Source: Clostridia bacterium (GTDB taxonomy: Bacteria; Bacillota; Clostridia; Christensenellales; Borkfalkiaceae). From it: a stretch of DNA of 64,000 bases. Positions 51,462-59,538 of this stretch are shown one piece after another. A model generated the notes under the pieces. It saw nothing but the letters and a program-made list of their open reading frames with translations, did no database searches and had not been told where the DNA came from. Each line of letters begins with the position of its first letter. Within the stretch, counting starts at the first letter, position 1. The stretch spans positions 17,334 through 81,333 of the forward strand of contig JAFTPR010000002.1 of assembly GCA_017463145.1 (NCBI GenBank), given 5' to 3'. A program made the position numbers and the translations under genes.

Positions 51462-52400
51462 TTAGAATGCTTTGCCAGCCGAACCGAGCACGTTGACGAT
51501 CTTGTGTTTTACCATTTCTTTCATCATTGCGCGCGCGTCGCCGAGGTATTGGCGAGGGTCGAAGTGACCGGGTTGTTCGGTAAAGTGCTTGCGGATAGCC
51601 GCCGTGAACGCTACGCGAAGGTCGGAGTCGATATTGATTTTACAAACCGCCATTTGCGCTGCTTTTCTAAGCTCCGATTCGGGAATACCGATTGCGTCGG
51701 GCATATGTCCGCCGAATTGGTTGACGATTGCAACCTTGTCCTGCGGAACGGACGAAGCACCGTGCAAAACAATCGGGAAGCCGGGCAATCTCTTGCCGAT
51801 TTCTTCCAAAATATCCAAACGGAGTTTAGGGTCTTGACCGGGCTTGAACTTGTATGCGCCGTGGCTTGTGCCGATAGCGATTGCAAGGGAGTCGATACCC
51901 GTTTTTTGTGTGAACTCTTCCACTTCGTCAGGGGAGGTGAATTGCGCGTCTGCCGCAGCGACGTTTACGTCGTCCTCAATACCTGCAAGTTTACCAAGCT
52001 CCGCTTCCACAACCACGCCGTGGTCGTGTGCATATTCAACAACTTTTTTCGTGATTTCAATGTTTTCTTCCCAAGGATGCGAAGATGCGTCGATCATAAC
52101 GGACGTGAAACCGCCGTCGATAGAAGCTTTGCAAATCTCGAAATCTGCGCCGTGGTCAAGGTGCATTGCGATAGGAATATCCGTCGTTTCGACAGCCGCT
52201 TCCACGAGCTTTTTCAAATATACGGGGTTAGCGTACTTTCTCGCGCCTGCGGATACCTGCAAGATAACGGGAGATTTTTCCTCGTTTGCCGCTTCGACGA
52301 TCGCTTGGATCATTTCCATATTGTTGACGTTGAAAGCACCGATTGCGTATTTGCCTGCATAGGCTCTTTTAAACATCTCGGTAGTAGTTACCAAAGGCAT
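51462..52400 (-). CDS. fba: Class II fructose-1,6-bisphosphate aldolase
   Basis: Motifs YAIGAFNVNN, HLDHG and LHGASS. Confidence 0.9.
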   Translation of the reverse strand: MPLVTTTEMFKRAYAGKYAIGAFNVNNMEMIQAIVEAANEEKSPVILQVSAGARKYANPVYLKKLVEAAVETTDIPIAMHLDHGADFEICKASIDGGFTSVMIDASSHPWEENIEITKKVVEYAHDHGVVVEAELGKLAGIEDDVNVAAADAQFTSPDEVEEFTQKTGIDSLAIAIGTSHGAYKFKPGQDPKLRLDILEEIGKRLPGFPIVLHGASSVPQDKVAIVNQFGGHMPDAIGIPESELRKAAQMAVCKINIDSDLRVAFTAAIRKHFTEQPGHFDPRQYLGDARAMMKEMVKHKIVNVLGSAGKAF

Positions 52401-52479
52401 AAATGATGTCCTCCAAAATTTTTATACGCCTATATTATAGCGTATTTTTTTTCAAAAAGCAAATAAAATAGGGGCGTTT

Positions 52480-53283
52480 TCAGTATTTGCGAATATTTTG
52501 CGCAATATGCTCCGTCATAACCGTCGCCATATCGATATCGGAAACGGCGTACAACATTCTTGCGCCCGCCGCGTCCTCTAACTCGTTTACAATCCAGCCG
52601 TTTTTATCAGGTAAAAAATCGATACCGATAAAGTCGAAACGCAATGCCTTGTATATCTTTTCCACAATCGATTTTTGCGTTTCGTCCGCTTCCGCAAGCC
52701 GTACGCGCCCGCCGAGGGAGAAGTTGCTCCGAAAATCTTTGTCCGACTCCCGTAAAACGCTTGCGACGATTTTTCCGCCGACGGCGTATATCCGCATATC
52801 CTTGCCCAAATTGCCGCACGGGCGTTGCAATAAAAAATCGTCTTGAAGCGTTTGCCGTACTTGTTGCAAATCGTGCTCGTTTTCTACCCAAAATACCTCG
52901 CTGCCACCGTGTCCAAAGCGGGATTTAGCAACGAACGGAAAGGGCAAAGTTCCCTCGCCAAAGCGGTACGTTTGCAAAACGGGGATACCGTGTACGCGTT
53001 GAAATTCGTACGTATGCCACTTATCGCAAGCAGTTGCCGCCGTTTGCGCATTGTTGAATACCCGTACGCCCCGTTCTTGCAGCCATTCGTTGAGCGTAGG
53101 GCAAATGAAGCGCACCACGGCAAATTCGGGCAAATTGCTTGGAAGCGTTTTGGCAAAATCCCCTTTTTCCACGATCCGTAGTGTAAGAGAAATACCCCGC
53201 TTTGCCGCCTCTTCTTGCAAGCGGTTTATAAACCACTCGTTTTTCTTTGCGCCCAGCCTATCGTAACAAAGCCAACCGTTCAT
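52480..53283 (-). CDS. RimK-like ATP-grasp ligase (paralog 2)
   Basis: ATP-grasp layout (FVAKSRFGHGGSEVF..DMRIYAVGGK..RSNFSLGG..IGIDF..VNELEDAAG). Confidence 0.65.
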   Translation of the reverse strand: MNGWLCYDRLGAKKNEWFINRLQEEAAKRGISLTLRIVEKGDFAKTLPSNLPEFAVVRFICPTLNEWLQERGVRVFNNAQTAATACDKWHTYEFQRVHGIPVLQTYRFGEGTLPFPFVAKSRFGHGGSEVFWVENEHDLQQVRQTLQDDFLLQRPCGNLGKDMRIYAVGGKIVASVLRESDKDFRSNFSLGGRVRLAEADETQKSIVEKIYKALRFDFIGIDFLPDKNGWIVNELEDAAGARMLYAVSDIDMATVMTEHIAQNIRKY

Positions 53284-54137
53284 AAGCGCTCCAAAATATG
53301 CTCGAATATGTATTTACTCAAATCTACGCCCGTACAATCGAGCGTGCTTTTAAAGTGCGGGTTGGAATTGATTTCGCAAACGAGCGGCGTTTTCCCAAGG
53401 AGTAAATCTACGCCCGCAAAGTCTGCGCCCACCGCCTTGCAAGCGGCAAGTGCAACGGCTTCTTGCTCCTCGCTTAAAGCGTACAAAAAAGCCGTTCCTC
53501 CGTTGGAGATATTCGAGCGGAAATCCCGCTCGTTATGGCGAAGCATAGAGGCGACCGCTTTGCCTCCCACAACGTTTACACGCACGTCCTTGCCCATGCT
53601 TTCTTGAATAAATTCCTGCATTAAAAATTCCTTGGGGGAGATACGGCTAATGACGTTTACCGCTTCCGCGCGGGTGTGCACAAGATACACCTGTTGTCCG
53701 AACGAGCCGTAATTTTCCTTAATGACGAACGGATAAGATAAAAGTTCTTCCGCCCTTTCGAGGAAGGTTAAATCGTTATATCCCACCGTATCGAACGTTT
53801 TGGGCGCAAGCACCGTCTTTGGCGTAGGTACGCCCGCGTTGGAAAACGCAAGCGCCGTCTTTGCTTTATCGTCGCAAATCCCAACGGTTTTCGCGCTGTT
53901 AAAAAGAGGAATTCCTTGCGCTTCAAGCGCTTCTGCAAGCCGTATGTCCTTATCCCAAAAAATAACAAATTCCGGCGGGGCAGGTATGCGTTCACCGACA
54001 ATACCCACCAGCTCGTCTGCGCGCTTTAAAAGGAGCGAAACGTTCCGTTTTTTCGCTTCGGAAAGAAGAAGAGAATACAGCGTTGCGTATTTCTCTCCCT
54101 GTAAAAAACCGTTTACGACAAGCCACCCGTTTTTCAT
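53280..54137 (-). CDS. RimK-like ATP-grasp ligase (paralog 1)
   Basis: ATP-grasp layout (FVIKENYGSFGQQVY..DVRVNVVGGK..RSNISNGG..AGVDLL..CEINSNP). Overlaps its paralog by 4 nt. Confidence 0.65.
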   Translation of the reverse strand: MKNGWLVVNGFLQGEKYATLYSLLLSEAKKRNVSLLLKRADELVGIVGERIPAPPEFVIFWDKDIRLAEALEAQGIPLFNSAKTVGICDDKAKTALAFSNAGVPTPKTVLAPKTFDTVGYNDLTFLERAEELLSYPFVIKENYGSFGQQVYLVHTRAEAVNVISRISPKEFLMQEFIQESMGKDVRVNVVGGKAVASMLRHNERDFRSNISNGGTAFLYALSEEQEAVALAACKAVGADFAGVDLLLGKTPLVCEINSNPHFKSTLDCTGVDLSKYIFEHILERL

Positions 54138-54182
54138 AAGTCTACTCCTTGGGTACTATCATACCACTTTTTTTGAAAAAAA

Positions 54183-55355
54183 TCAACGTTTTTGCGCCCG
54201 TAAAGCGACTTCCGCAAATAACGCCGCTCCGATTGGAAGCGCATTTTCGTCGAAGTCCGTTTTCGGGTGGTGGAGCGGGTAGGCGTAACCGCCCGCGTTG
54301 CTCCCCGCCGAAAGCGCGAGCATAACGGAGGGTGTTTCCTGTGAAACATATGCAAAATCTTCGCTGCCTCCGCCCCGCTGTCCCTCTGCGGAAACGACCT
54401 GCTTTTCGCCAAGCAAGTCCTTTGTAACGGCTAAGGCAAGCGCGCGTAGTTTTTCGTCGTTGACGAGGGTGGGGCAACCGCTTGTAAAAGTTGTTTCCGC
54501 CTTGGCTTTGTAGGCGTTTGCCGTGTGCTTGACAATTTCCTTTATGCGGTTTTTGATATACGCGCGTGTTTTTTCGTCGTATGCGCGAAGCGAGCCGCAG
54601 AGGTTCGCCTTGTCGGCAATGGCATTCGCCGCAACGCCCGAAAGGAATTTACCGAGCGTGAGTACGGCGGGGTCGGAAACGGATATCTCGCGCGCGGGGA
54701 TTGCTTGCAATGCAAGGGCGATATGCGCGCCCGCAAGCAGCGCATCCACGCCTTCGCGCGGGGTCGAACCGTGGCAGCTTTTTCCTTTTACCGTAATCTC
54801 AAAGAAATCGGCGCAAGGAGCAATTTCGCCTACGCCTGCCAAAACGACCGTTCCCGTTTTTAGCGGCGTAGCCGTTGCAACGTGCAAAGTAAACGCGCCC
54901 GTCACGTTGGATAAAACGCCTGCTTTTATGGCGAGCGTCGCGCCTTCAAGTGTTTCCTCTCCGAATTGAAAAAGAAAGCGTACTTCCCCCTTCAAGTCTT
55001 TTTCTCGCTGTTTCAACAGTTTTGCCGCGCCAAGGAGCATTGCCGTATGCATATCGTGTCCGCAGGCGTGCATATTGCCCGTTTTGCAAGCAAAAGGCAA
55101 GCCTGTTTTTTCCTTGATCGGGAGCGCGTCCGCGTCTGCGCGGAGCAAAAACGCTTTGCCCGTTTTCGTAGGATTTAGGCTTGCCACAACGCCGCCTCTA
55201 TGCGGCTTCGGCGTGTAACCGAGTTTTTGTAAAGTTTCCGTGATATATGCTTGGGTCTTGGGTAAAACAAGCCCCGTTTCTGCATTCTTGTGTAAATACC
55301 GACGATGCGAAACGAGTTCGCTTTGTATCGCTTGCGCTTCCTGTAAAACGTTCAT
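54183..55355 (-). CDS. M20D-family amidohydrolase (N-acyl-amino-acid/hippurate hydrolase-like)
   Basis: Start MNVLQEAQAIQSEL at 55355. Motifs LRADADALP, MHACGHDMH and FQFGEE. The longer track ORF (to 55910) overlaps the MFS gene and is rejected. Confidence 0.75.
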   Translation of the reverse strand: MNVLQEAQAIQSELVSHRRYLHKNAETGLVLPKTQAYITETLQKLGYTPKPHRGGVVASLNPTKTGKAFLLRADADALPIKEKTGLPFACKTGNMHACGHDMHTAMLLGAAKLLKQREKDLKGEVRFLFQFGEETLEGATLAIKAGVLSNVTGAFTLHVATATPLKTGTVVLAGVGEIAPCADFFEITVKGKSCHGSTPREGVDALLAGAHIALALQAIPAREISVSDPAVLTLGKFLSGVAANAIADKANLCGSLRAYDEKTRAYIKNRIKEIVKHTANAYKAKAETTFTSGCPTLVNDEKLRALALAVTKDLLGEKQVVSAEGQRGGGSEDFAYVSQETPSVMLALSAGSNAGGYAYPLHHPKTDFDENALPIGAALFAEVALRAQKR

Positions 55356-55393
55356 ATATACAGCTTGTAGCAAACGACGGGAAGGTATACGTC

Positions 55394-56647
55394 TTAGTCT
55401 TTTTTCAGAAGTTTCGGGGTTCTTTTCTTGCCTTTCCAAAGGAGGTAATAGATCCAAATCCCAATCAAGGGAAAGAGGGTTGCAACTAGCATACCTGCTT
55501 TCATTCCGATTTGTTCGGGAGAGAGTGCAAGGCTTGTAGAAAGGTTTGCGGCAAACGTACTTGCGGCTACCGTGTCCGTGATCACGCCGATAAGCTGCGG
55601 TCCGACGGATGCGCCGAGGTCGCCTCCTGCTGCCATCATTGCGTAGATAAATACGCCGCCGTCCGGTATGCGATCCGTTGAGGCGATTAACGTTCCTGGC
55701 CAAAGCATAGAAACGCAAAAGCCCGTCGCGGCGCAGGCAATTAAACCGATTACAGGTACGTTTATAAGCGCCGTCGTCAGATAGCAAATGCTTGCGCCGA
55801 TCGCGCCGAAGAAAAGGACTTTTCCCACGTCTTTGCCGTATTTGGCAAACAGCGTTCTGCCCAAGCCCAAAGTTAAGCCGAATAAGGCTACGCCGAAAAT
55901 GTCGCCCCATACTTTTTCAATGCCGAGCGCGCGTTCGAGATAGCCCGAGCTCCATTGCGCCATTGTACATTCGCTTGCACCGCCAAGGAATATGGCGAAC
56001 ACGCAGAGCCACAAGTCTTTTCTTTTAAGAAACGCAAGCGCGCCCGAAACCCGTTCGGGCGTTTCCATTTCGGGTATTTTCGCCCCTGCGAATAAAAGAC
56101 AAGCGGTGAGGGGGACGAGGGCAAAAAACAGGGTCAATATTTGCCATTTATCCGAACCGAAAGCAAGCAAAAATAACGTGCCGCACACCACGACGAACAC
56201 CACGCCCCACGCATAAATGGAATGGAGTTTGCTCATCTCCCGTTCGGGATTTTCCGCGGGAATGGCGGCAATCGTCGGAGAAATCAATACTTCCGAAAGC
56301 CCGCTGGAAGCGGAAAAAACGAATGTACCGAGCGCTAAACCGAGGTATACGAGCTTGGGAAACAGTATAGGCGCAAGAGCGAAAAGCACTAAGCCGAGCA
56401 CGGATAAAACGGGTGTAAATTTTACCGTTTTCGGGATATTGAATTTGTGGGAAAAGAAAGAAAAAATGAGGTCGATTATAAGTTGTGTACAGAAATTGAT
56501 AAGTACCAAAAGACCCAAAAGGGAATAGGAAATGCCGTATAAGGTTCTAAATGTGATAAAGAGCATAGGCGAAAGATTGCCCACAACGGACATAGATACG
56601 TTCGTGGCGTAGCAAGCGTATTTTACGCGTTGGAAAGTCTTATTCAT
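55394..56647 (-). CDS. MFS transporter
   Basis: Start MNKTFQRVKY at 56647. About 12 TM segments. Confidence 0.7.
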   Translation of the reverse strand: MNKTFQRVKYACYATNVSMSVVGNLSPMLFITFRTLYGISYSLLGLLVLINFCTQLIIDLIFSFFSHKFNIPKTVKFTPVLSVLGLVLFALAPILFPKLVYLGLALGTFVFSASSGLSEVLISPTIAAIPAENPEREMSKLHSIYAWGVVFVVVCGTLFLLAFGSDKWQILTLFFALVPLTACLLFAGAKIPEMETPERVSGALAFLKRKDLWLCVFAIFLGGASECTMAQWSSGYLERALGIEKVWGDIFGVALFGLTLGLGRTLFAKYGKDVGKVLFFGAIGASICYLTTALINVPVIGLIACAATGFCVSMLWPGTLIASTDRIPDGGVFIYAMMAAGGDLGASVGPQLIGVITDTVAASTFAANLSTSLALSPEQIGMKAGMLVATLFPLIGIWIYYLLWKGKKRTPKLLKKD

Positions 56648-56679
56648 AATAAAAACCAAGCCTTGAAAATATTGCAACC

Positions 56680-56708
56680 ATTATAGCATAACCGTCGAGA
56701 AATATCAA
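56680..56708 (-). promoter_or_regulatory. Promoter of the MFS/M20/ATP-grasp operon
   Basis: Minus strand: TTGATA (56708-56703), 17-nt spacer, TATAAT (56685-56680). Confidence 0.5.
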
Positions 56709-56865
56709 CGGAAAACCGATAAAAAACTTTAAATCTTTTATGCAAAATGTACGCTGAGGGTAAAAGGGTTTTTTATTTTTCCGCAAGTCAACGGATTTTT
56801 TATTGGATTAACATGTCAATCGGTGCTAAAAATGTGAAAATCACGACTTTCGCATAGAATATTTA

Positions 56866-56917
56866 TACAAAAACAAAAAGAAAACGGCATTTATGCAACT
56901 TTTCTTGCATAAATGCC
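56866..56917 (-). terminator. Strong intrinsic terminator (minus strand)
   Basis: Perfect 13-bp hairpin GGCATTTATGCAA / TTGCATAAATGCC. On the minus strand it is followed by GTTTTCTTTTTGTTTTT. Sits 6 nt after the tRNA-like ..CACCA end. Confidence 0.75.
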
Positions 56918-56923
56918 TTACGC

Positions 56924-56946
56924 TGGTGCGGTCGACAGGAATTGAA
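56924..56946 (-). other. tRNA 3'-end fragment (T-loop to CCA); putative att-site remnant
   Basis: The minus strand reads TTCAATT-CCTGT-CGACCGC-A-CCA, i.e. T-loop, 3' T-stem, 3' acceptor strand, discriminator and CCA. No matching 5' half could be folded upstream. Confidence 0.5.
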
Positions 56947-57320
56947 GCAGTTTCCACTTCGCTGAAAGCCTTTATTTATAAGGGATTTAGCCACTTGATC
57001 GCCAAAAACACGCCAATAATTTTAGGCTTTCGTGATAGGGAATTTTTAAGTAATTTTAAGGCATATTTTTGCCCGATTTTTGTGTTGTTTACAATCGACA
57101 GGTCAAGTTTTTTCGTTTATGTTAAATTTGTTATTCACCTCTCAAAAGTTGCCAAAAGTACGCCAAAACGTGAATCAAAAATTCGACGATCTTTCATATA
57201 AAAATTCTCATTGAAAAAAGGTTTAATTTACAACAAATTTCAGTCGACAGGTCATTTGCGCGTTTTTGACTTGTTCGCTTTTTTGATTTGATATGATAAG
57301 CAAAAATCATATCTTTTGAT

Positions 57321-57470
57321 TTTACAGGGACATTTGCAGGAACATTGTGACCTATTTACACCGACAAATACACCGTCATTTACTCCGACATACACCCGAC
57401 ATTTACACCCTCATTTTATAATTTACAGACTCGTTTAGAGGCACATTTACAGAGTCATTTTATGCTACAG
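57321..57470. repeat. Array of degenerate ~11-12-nt phased repeats (consensus approx. CGACATTTACAC)
   Basis: ATTTAC cores at 57355, 57378, 57401, 57421 and 57445, with intervening half-copies (ACAAATACACC, ACATACACCC, TCATTTTAT). Non-coding. Confidence 0.6.
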
Positions 57471-57554
57471 CATAATTTTGATAACTTATTTTTAGCGGTG
57501 TCATGCAATAAATTGTTTTGCCAATCCAAGGAAAAAAGCTATGAACTATCATAA

Positions 57555-57580
57555 AAGAAGAGACGGATTAGCCTCTTCTT
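57555..57580 (-). terminator. Possible terminator of the radical-SAM operon
   Basis: AAGAAGAG / CTCTTCTT hairpin. The T-tract on the minus strand is weak (TTTATGAT). Confidence 0.4.
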
Positions 57581-57635
57581 TCATAGCTGAACATATTATT
57601 TGTTTTTTATTTACCTTATCGAAAATTAATGGGTG

Positions 57636-59534
57636 TTAATTTTTGTCAACAGTGGCTTCGTTTCTTGTTATTTTATAATACCTTAATACTTCCTCGATTT
57701 CAGTATCACCATTTGTAGTATATTCGCCGTCTCTAAATTTGTTCTTTGCAATGATTTTTTTTGCTTCTTCCAATTTCTTTTCGGGTAATGCTTGGAATTT
57801 GCCCCACCATTCATTGGCTAAATCGCAATCATCTGTAGAATGGCTTTTATATCTGTCAGCAAGTCTCGCCCTTAAATTGGCATCATATTTTCGGCGATAA
57901 ATAATGAACGTTTCAGGCATCCAAAGAATTTTCATAAATTCATCAACATCACGTCCAAAAGCTTCTTCAAAAAATTCTGTACCTTTTCCGATTTTTCCTT
58001 TAGTGGAATTTAATACAGCTTGAACTGCACGTATAAATTTACGATTCCAATGTTTACCTATAAAATCTCTATTTTTGAAGAACTCAGGATCGTTGATAGG
58101 GTGATACTTCATAGGGAATGAGTAGATACTCGCGCCTAATTCATCGCACAAATCGACATTCATACGCAATCTATAATATAAGTGTTCAGGTTTGTCCTCA
58201 AAATTGTATAATAAATAATTTGAAAGATTTGTTATACCATTCCTAACTGCAATGCGGATAGAGTTTTCATAAATCTTTCTTAACTCCCAATGGTCGAATG
58301 CAATTCTAAGCGGGCGAATATTGATTTCCGATAATTTTCTCATATTTTCATCGGTAATCAACCGCGAATCTATACCCTGATTAAAATCAACTATACGCAT
58401 TTTTCGTCCAGCCTTATACGTTTTTTTGTATAATGGACGTACAAATTCATCAAGCTCTAAAATCGCCTCGCGTGTTGCCGTATAGTAATGTAAACAATGT
58501 TTTTCTTCCAAATGGGCATAGAATTGTATCTGTTCTTCTTCTGACAATTTAGAGCGTAGCTGTGTATAAATTTTGACAGCCTTTCTAACATACGCCCTTA
58601 CATTATAAGAGTCTCTTAAATTCTGAATAACAACATCATATTCATCGGGAGCAGAATAAGTCGCCCCTTTGGCAAAGCCACACGCTTTAATTTCATCTAT
58701 AATTTGCGCATAGCAACTTGAGGCTAATACATTATTATCCATAAGCATTAAATTACGTTGCTCGCCAAAACGTGTCTTCGCTATTTCCAACTGTTTTTTT
58801 AAACCAATATAATCGCAATATTGGGGTTCCAATTTTGGAACAGCACAAAATCTACATTTGTTTACACACCCACGCGTCATATACGCAAAATAAGCATTAT
58901 TAGTGGGATAAACATAATCGATTTCTTCTAAAATGGAATAATCTAAGGGCAACTCATCGATGATTAAATCATTGTCCTTATCAATATCCCCAGGATGATT
59001 TAATAGTCCTAAAAAGGGGTGAATGCCTGTTGCTTCGTAAACTTCATTAGGTAATAAAGTGGACATAATGCCGCCCACCATGACATCATCAATAGATTTA
59101 CACAACTGCTTCGCAAAGTTAATTGTTTCTATTGTGATATTCCAATAAAAGGTAAATAACGTCGTGATTCCTACTTTGTCAAAACGCGGCTTAGTAAAAT
59201 ACTCTTTTGCTACGTATTTTGCACGATATTCTTTGATTGCTTCAAAAATATATTCAGATTGAAAAACTTCGTCTTCCAAAATGGAAAATCTACCCACTTT
59301 TATAAATTCAAATAAGGTAGGGTAATATTCTTTCCAAAATATATTTGGCTCAATAATACTGAGATGATTTATTAAATCTTCGCAAATTAAATCAACCGCC
59401 AAAGATTTCATATCACCCTTATAGAAACGTACATCATCACCCACCATACGATAATATGTGGCAAGTTTCATTAAACCCATCGGGGGATATTTATTTTTAT
59501 AATTCGGCTCGATGAGCAATACTTTTCTATTCAT
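57636..59534 (-). CDS. Radical SAM enzyme with N-terminal B12-binding-like (Rossmann) domain
   Basis: CxxxCxxC at residues 223-230 (RGCVNKCRFCAVP; nt ~58845-58868). N-terminus KVLLIEPNYKNKYPPMGLMKLATYYRMVGDDVRFY resembles the B12-binding/radical-SAM class. 632 aa. Confidence 0.8.
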   Translation of the reverse strand: MNRKVLLIEPNYKNKYPPMGLMKLATYYRMVGDDVRFYKGDMKSLAVDLICEDLINHLSIIEPNIFWKEYYPTLFEFIKVGRFSILEDEVFQSEYIFEAIKEYRAKYVAKEYFTKPRFDKVGITTLFTFYWNITIETINFAKQLCKSIDDVMVGGIMSTLLPNEVYEATGIHPFLGLLNHPGDIDKDNDLIIDELPLDYSILEEIDYVYPTNNAYFAYMTRGCVNKCRFCAVPKLEPQYCDYIGLKKQLEIAKTRFGEQRNLMLMDNNVLASSCYAQIIDEIKACGFAKGATYSAPDEYDVVIQNLRDSYNVRAYVRKAVKIYTQLRSKLSEEEQIQFYAHLEEKHCLHYYTATREAILELDEFVRPLYKKTYKAGRKMRIVDFNQGIDSRLITDENMRKLSEINIRPLRIAFDHWELRKIYENSIRIAVRNGITNLSNYLLYNFEDKPEHLYYRLRMNVDLCDELGASIYSFPMKYHPINDPEFFKNRDFIGKHWNRKFIRAVQAVLNSTKGKIGKGTEFFEEAFGRDVDEFMKILWMPETFIIYRRKYDANLRARLADRYKSHSTDDCDLANEWWGKFQALPEKKLEEAKKIIAKNKFRDGEYTTNGDTEIEEVLRYYKITRNEATVDKN

Positions 59535-59538
59535 ACAA

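Noticed and set aside
55356-55910. N-terminal extension of the M20 hydrolase ORF (track 54183..55910)
   Set aside because: The extension overlaps the 3' end of the MFS transporter gene in another frame and is Arg-rich nonsense. M20 homology begins at MNVLQEAQ (55355).
56924-57030. Complete tRNA or tmRNA gene on the minus strand
   Set aside because: Only the T-loop-to-CCA part looks tRNA-like. The 5 nt before the T-loop do not pair with the 3' T-stem. No GCGGTCG-type 5' acceptor strand or D/anticodon arms could be folded. The 3' end lacks the tmRNA-type acceptor and there is no plausible tag ORF.
57321-57470. CRISPR array
   Set aside because: The repeat period is only ~11-12 nt, with no unique spacers and no cas genes. 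It is treated instead as an iteron or binding-site array.
57541-57639. 32-aa ORF (MNYHKRRDGLASSFIAEHIICFLFTLSKINGC) with an AAGGA RBS, convergent with the radical SAM gene; considered as a type I toxin
   Set aside because: The hydrophobic segment is interrupted by E and H and is too short for a confident TM helix. The ORF overlaps the putative operon terminator. There is no supporting evidence.
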